Shown here piece by piece: positions 25,649-37,400 of a DNA stretch of 64,000 bases. Each line of letters begins with the position of its first letter. Within the stretch, counting starts at the first letter, position 1. Source of the DNA: a virus. Below the pieces are notes generated by a model, which was not told the origin of the DNA, did not search any database, and saw only the letters and a program-made list of their open reading frames with translations. The stretch lies in the IMG/VR virus record IMGVR_UViG_3300025151_000020, positions 1 to 64,000 of that record; one strand, given 5' to 3'. The translations under genes and the position numbers were made by a program.

Positions 25649-25986
25649 CGCACCTCCATCAATACATCAACTCTGATTTCGTTTGTGCTGCCCTTATCAA
25701 TGGGTAAGAATGTTGCCCGATAAGCAGGTGTGTCTAAGGCAGTATCCCCATGTAACGCTACTTCCTTGATAGCCTGGGATGAGGTTTGCTGAGTATCAAA
25801 GTTAGCAGTTATGGCTATGGTTCTGTCATCTATCTTAGTGACTTGTGGTGTGACTGTGATTTGAGGAGTACCTGCACCACCATCTCTGCTTGATGCATCT
25901 CCTCCGCTAGATCCAAGAGTCATGCGAGTAACCAATGTGGATAAGTGATCGGTCAATGCAGATTTGAGTGAGTCAAGGACAGGCAT
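25645..25986 (-). CDS. Tail-tip / fibre-anchor small protein
   Basis: MPVLDS start, TAATG-coupled; M.LG..G...IKEVAL...R..F..I.K pattern. Confidence 0.6.
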   Translation of the reverse strand: MPVLDSLKSALTDHLSTLVTRMTLGSSGGDASSRDGGAGTPQITVTPQVTKIDDRTIAITANFDTQQTSSQAIKEVALHGDTALDTPAYRATFLPIDKGSTNEIRVDVLMEVR

Positions 25987-26717
25987 TAAGCATCTTCCTC
26001 CCATCCTTGTCTATCCCAAAGGTCTGGATCAACATCCAAATCATCGCCACCTAATCTATTAGTCCTATACGCCCCATCTATGGTTGTTTGGAACGGTGTT
26101 CTTGAGTTGTATTCACCTCTCATTTGAGCATGAGCTATTTCATCTAAAGCGGTTTCCATAATTTCTTTATCTGTGATTCCCGCATTCATTATAGCTCTAA
26201 CTAAACTTGCTCTTTCTATTTCGTCTAACAACTCAGTCTTTCCTGATGCAGGTTGCAGGAAAAATGACTCTGTGAAATCTCGTTGTGAATCTGTAAAGTC
26301 ACCTATGTCGTAATCCATTTTAGGAGGAACTATGATTTTTCCTTCTTTTACATCTTTCTTGAACTTGGCTGCATCCATCAATGCCCTCATTGTTGGAATA
26401 TATTCGCCCGTTAAAGGATCATACTCAACCGAAGATTGAAACTCGTCATTGTAAAAATCCTCCTTTGGGCCACCCATTCCTCGGTAGTTTGATGTTTCGT
26501 AACCTCTTTCCGAATCAACTCCGAATCTATCTCCTGTTCGTGGGTTAATCATTGGGTCATTACTAAACGGGTGAAGGTAATTGTACCAATGAGGAATCCT
26601 TGAGCCACGAAATGCTAGTTGGGCATCCTTGTCTGTATATGTAGGTGGTCCATCTGTTGCTTTTGGCAACTTGAAATCAACATCTTTAACGAGATCCCAA
26701 GCCTTTTCAAAAATCAT
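25986..26717 (-). CDS. Hypothetical acidic protein with MIFEKAWDLVK N-terminal tag
   Basis: 243 aa, inserted among tail genes. Confidence 0.75.
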   Translation of the reverse strand: MIFEKAWDLVKDVDFKLPKATDGPPTYTDKDAQLAFRGSRIPHWYNYLHPFSNDPMINPRTGDRFGVDSERGYETSNYRGMGGPKEDFYNDEFQSSVEYDPLTGEYIPTMRALMDAAKFKKDVKEGKIIVPPKMDYDIGDFTDSQRDFTESFFLQPASGKTELLDEIERASLVRAIMNAGITDKEIMETALDEIAHAQMRGEYNSRTPFQTTIDGAYRTNRLGGDDLDVDPDLWDRQGWEEDA

Positions 26718-29700
26718 TATTTCACCTCGTAGTACAGACTCTTGCTCGCACCAATTGGCCGACTCCGCTTATTCCCATCACGAACCCCTATTTTCCCCAT
26801 TCCATTAGTGTGTTTCGCCCCGATAATAAATCCGGTGTTGCTTACATTGCGAACAAATACTTTGTGAACTGCTACTATGTTGATGCCACTTGACATGGAT
26901 ATCTCTGCCACATCAACTACTGTTCCCGCAGCTTGATCCAGGGGAGATGAGTTACCAGAAACCGCTTGTAGGTCTGATAGTATGCCTTCAATTCCCTTAT
27001 CATACTGTGCGACTATGAAATTGCTCATCATAGTTCCATAGTTGTGCATTGCCTCGAATACTGCAAAGTCACCTCTTAGGCCATGCGTTGGCAGATCGAG
27101 TTTGATTATCTCTCCTGGTTGAATAGTTGAGGCTTTGAATGCACCTTCTAATGTGACTAGAGGAGCACCATTTTCTGCACGGGCTAGAATGGCCTTTGCC
27201 AAACGCAATGCTTCTTTGTTAGTCTTGAGTCCTGGAATGTCTTGGCGTAGTGTTCTGACCATGTTTGACTTCGCACCTTTGCTCGCCTCATTCTTCATTC
27301 TCTCTAAGTCCTTGACAACAACAAAGACTCTCTCGTTGTTAGCCAATCCATCGCCAACTACGACTATCTCATTAGGAGAGTCCAACATCTTGCTCACGCT
27401 TACTGATCGGATTGCACTTCCTAATCCTAGAACATTTCCTCTGCTATTGAAACTGTCCGAAGCATAGACCAAAGCACCATTGCTTTCATTCACAAGTTGC
27501 TTTCCATCAATCTGAGTTAGATTCCTAATTATCTCCATGATGTTTAGACCTCTTGTCTTACGGGCAGTATATACATTTGAGTGATCGGTAATTAGGCGAA
27601 GCGATGGATGTGCATCCAATGTGGATGATACTTCTCTATCCTTACCGAGAAGTGATTTTGTTGGCGTTACATTGAATCCTGCCAACTCTGAACCTGCATC
27701 ATTCAATAGATTCATAGCTGCATCGCTTGTCCTTATTCCAACGAATCCCAATTGACCCATTAGTATGTGTCCTTGCGTGAGTCCTGCATCTGCTAGACTA
27801 TCTGCTTCTATGTTCCTAAATTGTAGGAATGTGGATAACTCATCTGTTTCAACTCCTGCAACCCTCAACACGAATCCTTTGGAATCATATACATATGGTG
27901 GGAAGTATGATGAAGATATTTCTTTTCCATCAAACCGAATAGCATTGATTGAAGATGAAGATGTTTTGATCTGAGCAGTTGTCTTTCCGTTCTCAATCAA
28001 TATCGGGCGTTGGTTAATCATCATGAAATCACCAGGGTCATACTCTAGCAATCCTCTGAATGATAGCGTGGTTTGTTTCACCTTATCGTTAGTCGCATCA
28101 TATCTATTCCATAGAGAAGATACCTGTTTAGCAAGAACTACGGTGTTGTCTATGTATGTGGGAGATATTAGATGAGGGAGAGTTAAGGAACGCATATCTG
28201 ATAATGCAGACGGGCTACCCTCTGTCGTATAACGAAGTATCTGACCTTCCAAATCTCCTATGCCTGTGCTATTGGTGACTCCTGTTAGTTTGTTCTTTGT
28301 TTTGCCTGTGTATGTGATCTTTCCTTTGCCTACAACAAACATAGTACCGGATGCAGGAAGCAAAGAGCCGTCTTCCAAATATACATTAGTGCTAACGTGC
28401 TTTGTTACTTTGAACTGAGGATATAGCCTCATTGCAGTATCCATGTGAGTGTGCGTCACTCCATCAGGAGTTGTTTGCTTTACGAAGTCACCCGATATTC
28501 CTGTACCTTCTGCCCTGTATCGTGTTTCTGATTGATGTAGGCTCTCTCCTCCTCCTGGATGAGTCGTTTGAGAATATCTAGCTTCAATTTCTGGGTTGAA
28601 CTCTCCATCTACTGTTTTCCTTACTGCATCTGATTTGAAGAATTGCAACATAGATGTGCTTGGCAACAGATGGAATACCGAATCTAATTCATTGGCATCA
28701 GGCCAAGTCATCTCAAAGACTCCCTCTGCCGTGCTGATGAACTCAAGAGTGCCAAGCGTTTGTTCCATGTCAGACTCAAACACACCATACCTGTTGTCAC
28801 GAGTGAATGGCTGATACTCTGTGTCAGAATCTCCTAATGACGACCTTGCTCCTAACACCCATCCATCCTGTAATAGATCTGATGCGAAGCCATACAGTTT
28901 CAATGGCCTCACAGGTCTTACGAAATAATCAATTGACCTTCTCTTTTGATTGGATGTCGTAGCATTTCCTTCTGTTCCAAATACATCAGTAGTAAGACTC
29001 CCCTCCTCCGTTCTGTTTAGGTATGTCTTTCGAAGAATGTATGTGCCTCCCCATGCAGGTAGGTCTGCTGAACCTCTGACTGACCAGATGTCCTTAGCAT
29101 GGGTCTTCTGAGCGTTTATGACAGGAGGATTGGTCGGCAGGGTTACTGTTGCAAGTATTACTGCACTTGAACCGCTTCCACTCAAAGTTATGGTTGGGGC
29201 GGTTGTATATCCTGAACCACCAGCACTTATGCTAACCGATGCCACAGGACCCGTAGTATTGAGAACCGCAGTAGCAGTACCTGCACTTCCGCCTCCTGAT
29301 AAATGAGTAGTTGGTATAGTGATGGCAGGAACAGAGGTATAGCCACTACCTCCACTTGTAATAGTAACCGCAGTTAGGCTTCTCGTAGTGGCATGACCTG
29401 TATTGATGGTAGCAGTTACCGTAGCGTTACCGCTTGCAACAGTTACTGATGGAACACTCGTATATCCATCGCCATCATTAGTTATTACCGCATATGCAAG
29501 ACTACCATTGTTAGTCAATATGATATCGTTATTGGCATTTGTTTGATCTTGACTTGAGTTCATTGTAATTGGATTGCCGTTAGTCTGTTGAAGGAGTTGA
29601 AAGGTGGGGCTATCCTCGGATGTGTAACCGACTCCTTGTGTTACAGTACCATAACTTGTAATGAATCCATTGGAATCGGTAGTGGCATTCACTCCCGATA

Positions 29701-32700
29701 GAGTAGTGGTAGGATTTACAGTTACATCTCCTGGTACGGTAGTCCAATTAAATGTGGCATTAACGGCATTGGTTCTTACTTGTGCAGGAGTATCCATAGT
29801 GGCATTCTTTGAGCGATAAGCAACTCCTGTGGCGGCATCGCTATTGTTGTGAGATGCCTGTGGTGAGGCTATGGTTAGTGCTATCGTATCCCCTGATCCT
29901 GTGCCGTAGTTGTTGTTAGTTCCCCCTATCGTAAGTGCAGACAATGGTTTTCCATCTGCGGAGAGAGTGTATGTTCCTGTTGCATTACCTGCAATCGTTA
30001 CCGTATATGATGCAGTTGTTGTTCCTGTATATTGTTGAGCACCACCACTTACACTCGCACTTGCTACACTTGTGGTTGTGGTGTATGTACCGGAGAATCC
30101 TGTACCTCCTCCGCCTCCTGAAAAGCCCAATGTGCCACTTGGATATGTATATCCCGTTCCTGCATTAGATATTGAAAGAGCAGATACGGCAGCTCCTCCA
30201 TCTCCTTTATCATCCTTTGAATCAGGACTCCATGTTGGCAAGGTGTATGGATTGGATATGGTTTGAGAATCTGCACTACTTGGATCAAGCGTCATGTTCT
30301 CCGTTGTAAATCTAGTATTGACTGACCAGGAAGGCAATACGGGGAAGTGTTGCCCTACAATCAGATCGCTATGTAACGATGCCGCTTTGGTTGATAGGAC
30401 TGAATATTGAATGCTCTTATTGTCTATTCTTTCACTTTCTGTTTCAATAACGAATCCTAATCTTGGCTCGGTTCTCGCCTGGACTTGCCTATGATCACTT
30501 ATCTCGGACAGAGGAATGGGAGTAAGACTGTTGATTGTGGCATTTGAATGAGTTGCTAATCCCCAACCTGTGGTGGGATAATGAACATAAGATGTGTTTG
30601 AGTGATCTATTGCAGATGCGTTTGTATGAAGGGCATTTCCTCTAAGGTGATGGAATCCGCCACTCACTCCAAACTGTGTGGAACTAACGGCAGAGGGTGA
30701 ATTGGATTGACTATATGTGTTTGACCCTGTATATTGAACCAAATCAACAAACGGGTCTGAACCCTTATTCATAGGTACGGCTTTCAACGGTAGATTGGAG
30801 TTTGTGTTATTTGGGTCTAATTTAGATTCCCAATTACCTGCGGGCAAAGCAGTAGGATCAACAAGACCTGCTGATTCCATTCCAAGTGTCAAACCGAATC
30901 CAATAGGTTGCTCTGATGCGAGTGGTTTTGAGTTGCTTCTTCGAACAACGCTTGTGAAAGGAGTGGCCTCTGCCGTATGTGCAGTTAGGATTGCTCCGAT
31001 TGGCATTGTCCTCTCAACACCATTGTAGTCTGAGGGGAATACCCATGAATCGCCATATGTTGTGGCATTGGGTAGTTTATTCATGGAGTCGTGGATACCG
31101 CCATCAAATCGGCCTTTCCCATATATTGGTTGATTAGCAGATTGATTCTCATTTGGATCACCTGCGAGCATATCCAAAGCATCAGAACTTGTTCTAAAGC
31201 CCCATGCTCTAACGGGCAACCTTCTGCTCAAATCATATGCGACCATACTATCTAATATGGACACATATTTTGTGAAGGACACGCCATCTGTATCGGTATC
31301 ATAAGATATGGTCACTCCTGTTCTTTCTGGATTCAACCCATCGCCTATACCTTCTCCTCTAGTATGTCGTATATTCTCAAACTCTTTTGGTAATCGGAGA
31401 GTACCATGTGCCTCTCTCACAGTAGTATGACCCATAAGAACAGAGTTGGCAGACTTGAGTCCGACTATATTCCCATGCCCTCCCGCATTCAATCCGTTGT
31501 ATCCATAGTTCTGTAACCATTGTGTGACATATATTCTTTCAAAGGGTAATGCATTCTCTGCTTGTGCAGTAGTGGTTGGGTTAGAGTGATTGCGTAGGTA
31601 CAATCCTCTAGTGGGTGGGTAGTTTAGTGATCTCGGACCACCTGCTTCTCTGTATCGGAAGGTCATGTAGTGTTCTCGACTCGTTCCGAGGATGGCAGGA
31701 TGGCTATACTCAGCCAACCAATGACATAGGAATGCGTCTGGAACGCACCCTGTACCTGTGTTGGCCTTGTCTAGTAGTGCAAAGTCACCGTTTGTAGCCG
31801 TTATACCACCACTACCTCCTGGTGTAAGGGCAGCTAGATTGAGATATTCGGGGTCGTGGCACAAGAGAGGAGGCACAGTAGCCAATTCAGTACCAGAACG
31901 GGGTACTGCGACCCCTTCTTCAAGTCCAATCATGAAGTAAGCAGACGATCCAACATCAATTACAGGGGCGATTGGGCGACCTCCTGAGAGTGAATAGTCG
32001 CCAATCATAAATCCATTCGTTATGATTTCAGAACTCGTGTTATATCGGCTTCCCCCACTCAAAGCATTGGCAAAAGTGAGCCTAGTTGCACCCGAATTAG
32101 TGCTAGTTGTACGGCTTGGAGATGCCCTTCTGACGAGATGACCTGCTCCTATCGTTGCAGTTTGTTCCTGTCCAGGGGCTACGAGGTAGTCAATGTCCGT
32201 TCTCGGAGTCACACCAGAATAAACTGCTTTCACATCTGGTAGCCTAAATCCGCTTAATTCACTCATTGGGATACCGTCTGAGGAAAATGAGCCATTTGCT
32301 CGATATCCACTTTCATCTTTGACTTCTAATGTGTCCAATTCAAAGACAGTTGAAGAATTAGTGGATCTAGCAGAACCAAAGCCATGATGCTTGTGTTCTG
32401 TTTCTGCCTCAAACAACAAAGAATAGGAAGAACCGTGAGAACGGTGCAATTGTCGCCTCATAGAGGCAGGAGTACCCCTCTGGGTCATAGGAGTCACGAA
32501 AGAGTGTCCTTGCCTTGCAAAGCGTATTCTATGGTGTGGAAACGGGTATCCTGTGGATGTGCCGTTGTTAGTTTGAGTAAGCACAGAACCTCGCTCTGCG
32601 TGGTCAGTAATTCTGTGAGCTGCAAATAAGCGTGTTGTACCGCTTGGAACTGCACCAGCAGTAGTGTGGGGGGTTAGACCCTGTTTCGTGGCCATATCGG

Positions 32701-34498
32701 GATGCAGAAGCCTCTGTACATGGAAAATTAACATCCTGTCGTGAGTATCAAACTGAGATGCACCTCCTGACGCTTCTGCAACGCCTGGTTTGCGAGGATC
32801 AGGAGCAGTTAGCCCTCCCAACCCCCAAGTCATGTTTGAGTAGGCTTGAATGCGGTCATGGCTACTTCTAACAAATACCTCTCCAGGTATCTCTGATGGA
32901 TCAGGAAGTTGAATCTGCATATTTGGAGTCAATCTTCCATCCGTTGTGGATGGTCCTGTAATCTCTTCTCCCGTTGTTGGATCTATTCGGGTATTCTGTA
33001 TTGAGTAGTCTTTGATTACAACTCCCAATGGCGATTTACCGAAAAGAGTCAGCCTGTTACCCTGGTCGTCTGTTGTGATAATATCTTCAAACACTTTTTC
33101 TTCATTACTGATTTGAAGTCCTGTGACTCTTGTTGAGTTAATCGTCTTTGATGAGAATATGGGGCGAGGCACATTTACACTATCATCTCCATCAATTCCA
33201 GCAGTTTCAAAATTGCCAACATATGTGATGTTAGTCAAATTGTCACGAGAATCGGAGAGCATATTATTGGAATTGCTTGTTGCCGTTGCCCTATATCCGT
33301 TACTTAGGTGGAACATATCTCCCGATGTGGCAGGAAAGTCAGTACCATATTCCATTTCTGCTAATTTTATGTTGCTTGATCCCGTAGTATCTGAATCAAC
33401 TTTGGTAATATGGGCAAGCGATGGTTTTGTCACCGCATAATCGGGTGGAGGTATCTCTGGAAGGTTGCAAGAATTGAGTCCTTCTATACTAAAACGAACA
33501 TAACCATGACCGGAACTGTGAGCCACCGCAGTTGAACCTCTTGAGTCGTAATTAGGAGCAGGGATACCCATGTTGCCTCCATCCATCGGTTTTGCAGTTA
33601 GATACCAAGTAGGTACTGATGCTCCTAAGCCTTGAATTACAGGTCCTGCATTTGCCGCCGCCCAATATCCACCTGCTGAGTTAGGTGTTGTAGCCTCCCA
33701 TGTGAGAACAACGGTATGTTTTGCAGGTTCAGCAGGAATAGTAACCGTTGCAGTTGAAGCATTCAATTCTTCGGGATAAGAACCTGTATTCACTTGACTT
33801 ATTTGAGATTCTAGCGTTCCTCCACTTATTGTGAAATCAACAAAGGACTCAGAAGTAACGGGTAGTCCATTCAATCTTTTTGGGCCGTATCTAAATGTGT
33901 TAATGGCGGTGTATGATAAGGAAAGACCTGTGTGATCCCCATCCGTGTAAGATATTGTTCCTGACTGAGGTAAATCAGAAGGGTATCCATTTTTGAAAGT
34001 ACCATTCAACGCAACCCTCAGAGTTTGAGCTGCCTTTGCCAAAGTAGCCGTTCCCGTGTATTCCGGCCTTCCCGACATCCTAACATACCTTGCTCGAAGA
34101 TAACGAGTCTTGCTATGCTCTCCGATTTGCTTGACCCTTCTGCTATTTATTTTGGCCGCTATGAGTCTAGTCGCTTCCTCTGTTCCTAGATTGTAGGTCT
34201 TGCTATTGGTATCATCTGTTGCGGCTTGTTTGAGATCCACTATGATGACGTTCTTAGCCTCAGACGGAGCAGATGCGGTTGCTAATGGTGTTCTTATGAT
34301 TACAGTCAAACCCTGCCCCCATTGGTCGCCTGTGTTCGTTCCATACTCCCAATCGGTTACGGCATCACCGTATTCAGTATCGGGGTATGTGATGTGCATA
34401 GCAAAGAATCCACTTGCAGGATAACCTACCGTGCTTGATGCGTCTTCACCCATTGGAACTACCTTAGCAGGGTATATCTGCTTCGTATAACGAGTCAT
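26717..34498 (-). CDS. Giant tail-tip protein (about 2593 aa) with GxGYT repeats and C-terminal baseplate-hub-like region
   Basis: Thr/Ser/Gly-rich; I...GxGYT..P repeats; C-terminal NEIVVVG..D...A...A..IL...IQPGEII; start ATG 34498 (TAATG coupling). Confidence 0.75.
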   Translation of the reverse strand: MTRYTKQIYPAKVVPMGEDASSTVGYPASGFFAMHITYPDTEYGDAVTDWEYGTNTGDQWGQGLTVIIRTPLATASAPSEAKNVIIVDLKQAATDDTNSKTYNLGTEEATRLIAAKINSRRVKQIGEHSKTRYLRARYVRMSGRPEYTGTATLAKAAQTLRVALNGTFKNGYPSDLPQSGTISYTDGDHTGLSLSYTAINTFRYGPKRLNGLPVTSESFVDFTISGGTLESQISQVNTGSYPEELNASTATVTIPAEPAKHTVVLTWEATTPNSAGGYWAAANAGPVIQGLGASVPTWYLTAKPMDGGNMGIPAPNYDSRGSTAVAHSSGHGYVRFSIEGLNSCNLPEIPPPDYAVTKPSLAHITKVDSDTTGSSNIKLAEMEYGTDFPATSGDMFHLSNGYRATATSNSNNMLSDSRDNLTNITYVGNFETAGIDGDDSVNVPRPIFSSKTINSTRVTGLQISNEEKVFEDIITTDDQGNRLTLFGKSPLGVVIKDYSIQNTRIDPTTGEEITGPSTTDGRLTPNMQIQLPDPSEIPGEVFVRSSHDRIQAYSNMTWGLGGLTAPDPRKPGVAEASGGASQFDTHDRMLIFHVQRLLHPDMATKQGLTPHTTAGAVPSGTTRLFAAHRITDHAERGSVLTQTNNGTSTGYPFPHHRIRFARQGHSFVTPMTQRGTPASMRRQLHRSHGSSYSLLFEAETEHKHHGFGSARSTNSSTVFELDTLEVKDESGYRANGSFSSDGIPMSELSGFRLPDVKAVYSGVTPRTDIDYLVAPGQEQTATIGAGHLVRRASPSRTTSTNSGATRLTFANALSGGSRYNTSSEIITNGFMIGDYSLSGGRPIAPVIDVGSSAYFMIGLEEGVAVPRSGTELATVPPLLCHDPEYLNLAALTPGGSGGITATNGDFALLDKANTGTGCVPDAFLCHWLAEYSHPAILGTSREHYMTFRYREAGGPRSLNYPPTRGLYLRNHSNPTTTAQAENALPFERIYVTQWLQNYGYNGLNAGGHGNIVGLKSANSVLMGHTTVREAHGTLRLPKEFENIRHTRGEGIGDGLNPERTGVTISYDTDTDGVSFTKYVSILDSMVAYDLSRRLPVRAWGFRTSSDALDMLAGDPNENQSANQPIYGKGRFDGGIHDSMNKLPNATTYGDSWVFPSDYNGVERTMPIGAILTAHTAEATPFTSVVRRSNSKPLASEQPIGFGLTLGMESAGLVDPTALPAGNWESKLDPNNTNSNLPLKAVPMNKGSDPFVDLVQYTGSNTYSQSNSPSAVSSTQFGVSGGFHHLRGNALHTNASAIDHSNTSYVHYPTTGWGLATHSNATINSLTPIPLSEISDHRQVQARTEPRLGFVIETESERIDNKSIQYSVLSTKAASLHSDLIVGQHFPVLPSWSVNTRFTTENMTLDPSSADSQTISNPYTLPTWSPDSKDDKGDGGAAVSALSISNAGTGYTYPSGTLGFSGGGGGTGFSGTYTTTTSVASASVSGGAQQYTGTTTASYTVTIAGNATGTYTLSADGKPLSALTIGGTNNNYGTGSGDTIALTIASPQASHNNSDAATGVAYRSKNATMDTPAQVRTNAVNATFNWTTVPGDVTVNPTTTLSGVNATTDSNGFITSYGTVTQGVGYTSEDSPTFQLLQQTNGNPITMNSSQDQTNANNDIILTNNGSLAYAVITNDGDGYTSVPSVTVASGNATVTATINTGHATTRSLTAVTITSGGSGYTSVPAITIPTTHLSGGGSAGTATAVLNTTGPVASVSISAGGSGYTTAPTITLSGSGSSAVILATVTLPTNPPVINAQKTHAKDIWSVRGSADLPAWGGTYILRKTYLNRTEEGSLTTDVFGTEGNATTSNQKRRSIDYFVRPVRPLKLYGFASDLLQDGWVLGARSSLGDSDTEYQPFTRDNRYGVFESDMEQTLGTLEFISTAEGVFEMTWPDANELDSVFHLLPSTSMLQFFKSDAVRKTVDGEFNPEIEARYSQTTHPGGGESLHQSETRYRAEGTGISGDFVKQTTPDGVTHTHMDTAMRLYPQFKVTKHVSTNVYLEDGSLLPASGTMFVVGKGKITYTGKTKNKLTGVTNSTGIGDLEGQILRYTTEGSPSALSDMRSLTLPHLISPTYIDNTVVLAKQVSSLWNRYDATNDKVKQTTLSFRGLLEYDPGDFMMINQRPILIENGKTTAQIKTSSSSINAIRFDGKEISSSYFPPYVYDSKGFVLRVAGVETDELSTFLQFRNIEADSLADAGLTQGHILMGQLGFVGIRTSDAAMNLLNDAGSELAGFNVTPTKSLLGKDREVSSTLDAHPSLRLITDHSNVYTARKTRGLNIMEIIRNLTQIDGKQLVNESNGALVYASDSFNSRGNVLGLGSAIRSVSVSKMLDSPNEIVVVGDGLANNERVFVVVKDLERMKNEASKGAKSNMVRTLRQDIPGLKTNKEALRLAKAILARAENGAPLVTLEGAFKASTIQPGEIIKLDLPTHGLRGDFAVFEAMHNYGTMMSNFIVAQYDKGIEGILSDLQAVSGNSSPLDQAAGTVVDVAEISMSSGINIVAVHKVFVRNVSNTGFIIGAKHTNGMGKIGVRDGNKRSRPIGASKSLYYEVK

Positions 34499-37400
34499 TA
34501 CCACACCGCCCTCGCTGCAAACATCTCTTGGACATCTGCCAAACTGAATACATAATCAAAGACTCCAATCTCACCCATCGTCATGTTCCATGCCCAAATC
34601 TGGTCATTGTTCGTGTTAGTTGTGGTGTATGCAGTTGCTCCATCCGTGCAACCACAGGCCATGTTGTATGTTGAGCCATTGATTGTATAGATTGACATCG
34701 GACCGTTGGTGGCCGTTGGTGCTTGGTCAATAGCACCTGCCGCAGATAAGCCAATGAAACACATACCTGTCTGTGTTAGATCTCCGAGATACTTAGGCAG
34801 TTTCCCCTGGATTGGTGTGCCTGTGCCACCTACTAATGTATTTACTGACGATGATGTGAATGTGTGAGTGGTGTCTATCTTCTGCGTACTGCCTACATAG
34901 AACTCTTCACCACTAAGTCTGAAAGTCACATTCGTTCCTGATTTAGACATCGTGAGGTTATGCCATTTGCCCCTATGGATTCTAACTCCGTCTGCTTGAG
35001 CTGCATTTGTCACCGACCTTATGTTTGAGCCATCATGGAAAAGGAAGAAGAAGCAAGCCTGTTGGTAATTATTTCCTGTACCATCTCCCGTCACCGAGTT
35101 TTGCCCTGCTAGGTACAATCCCCAATACCTTCCGGCGGCATCACGACCTGTGATCAACGGACCGGATGCCGCTTCCACATTCGCATTGCCAAAGTTAGAA
35201 CCAAAGTTCGGTTTGAACCAGACGCTTATTGTGTAATCTCCTGTGCAATCAAAATCTCCCATCGGCCCGTACTCTTTATTCACGGCAGAGCCTGTCCAAT
35301 AGTGGGTTGCCACAGTTTGCAAACCATGAAAGTCAAGCCCTTTAGATGTAGTATCAACTGAGTAAGCAGGACCATTCTGCACATCCATTGTTGCGTGAGC
35401 ACCTGTTTTTATTGATGCCACCTCAACACCTGCATCAACTGCCGCTAATCCACTTACACCCGTCAAAGTGTGAGGACTACCGCCTGTACTCTTTCCTGTG
35501 TATGTGAAGAAATCTCCACCTGCAATTGCATTGTTCGTGCCACTTGATTCAAAGTCAGTAGCATCAACAACATTGAGTGTGCTTCCACTTGAGTAATTAC
35601 TTTGCACAGTCGTTGCGGCCTTCCCTCTTGATACTCTTAGAGGAGAGGCATAAATCGCTTCCGTCAGATCCTGTCCTTGATTGTATGATGCGTTGGCATA
35701 ACCAACCTCCTGATCCAATCTAGCATACAGAAGACATCTTTTGAGAGAATTGCCTTCCTCCTTCAAACGATGATGTATTCCTTGCAATGTATCCTCATTG
35801 ATGGTGTCGTTGTTCGTTATATCTGTGAAGTCCAATACCGCAGAAGCCGTGCTTACCTCATGTAGGTTTTGAAAGCCGGAGAACCCTGTTGGCCCTTTGG
35901 AATAGTGATGAAGGAAATCATCGCTATAATCATTTGATGTTCCATCGCTTATGTCAAAGGTGACTCCTGTGTGTCCTCCTCCAAAATACACAATGCCCTC
36001 CTCTTCTGTGCCAGGATATAACAATTCAACTTCTATTCCGTCTATTGCGTTACCATCCGAATCATAGAACAACTCAATGAAATCAGTAAGACTACCATAT
36101 GGCACTATACTCCTAATCATAAAAGCATTAGTCACTACATCTGACGATAAGGTAGTTCTCTGTTGGTCTATTCCTTGAAACGATGCTAATGCACCCTTGA
36201 CTCTAAGCACACCCTGCATCAATGGACCAGGAGTCTTTGTAATACGCTTGAGGTAATCAGTTGCCGTGATGCTAACTGCAAGGTGATTTATGTCTGTATC
36301 ACTTGAGGGGTTAAATGCTGACAGGGTAGGAGATGTCATATCTGGAGCAGTTGCACTTGCACCAAGCAATGTTTCTGCGGTAGGGCTTGATACTGTCGTA
36401 ACCGTAAATGATCCGCCTAGTCCGTTATAAGACCTCAAATTATTAGCAGAATCAAGGGTACTGCCCGCAACAGCTCCTTTGAATGTACTAATTGGAACAA
36501 ATGTTTCTCCGTCTGCACCGATTGGCATAGGAGCTGCGAATGAGTTGGTCTGATACAACCTACTGTTAGTGGTTATAGGAGCACCGTATCCTACTACCTG
36601 TGCGGGCTTGTAGGCATATGGTGTTCTATTGCTAAGTCTAACATTGAAATTACGCCCCGATGCACCAGGGATTGTGCTATGGATCACTATTGAGATTCCC
36701 GATTCACCATCTCTGCTTTCAGTAGCAGTTCCTACGAATGCTCGGACATAACCCATGTGCGTTCCTGTATTCGTGTCAGTTGCAGATACAGGGAATATCG
36801 CAGGAGGGTCAAAGGCACTACCTCCTGTACTATTCTTCGCTTGAGGATGACCAGCCATGTTGATTCTCCTTATGACCTCCTCTACACAGACATTGAAATC
36901 AGAGGTGGTATTTGCTATTGAGTTGAAATCAATATCCAACGGCCTAACATATTCTAGTGCAGAACCATCGGATTTCTTTCCCTTCAATGAAAGATAACTT
37001 GTCTGACAGAGTATGGGATGCAAGGATTGCCTGTCATTTGCCGACTCGTGTGCCGATTGTACATCCCACTCAAAAGCCTCCATGTTCGGTCCGTCTAGGA
37101 TTAGTATTCTCGCACTATTATTCGGATCTGCATGAACTGCATCTGCATTCAATCCTATGATAGCCTTTACAGACTCCCCCAATGCTTCGGCTACAAGTAT
37201 TCGATCTGATAGTCCTAAAGGCGTTTCACCCGAAATTATTCCTGGTATATCCACTACTGACAATATGATCGGAGAAGAGTCATTGGCAACGGTAGTATTG
37301 GTATCCACCACTATGAATCCGCCAAGCGTTACAGTCATACCTGCATCTATGTTTCCTAGATTGCTACTTTCATTGCTTGATGTATCAAGTGGATTCCAGG

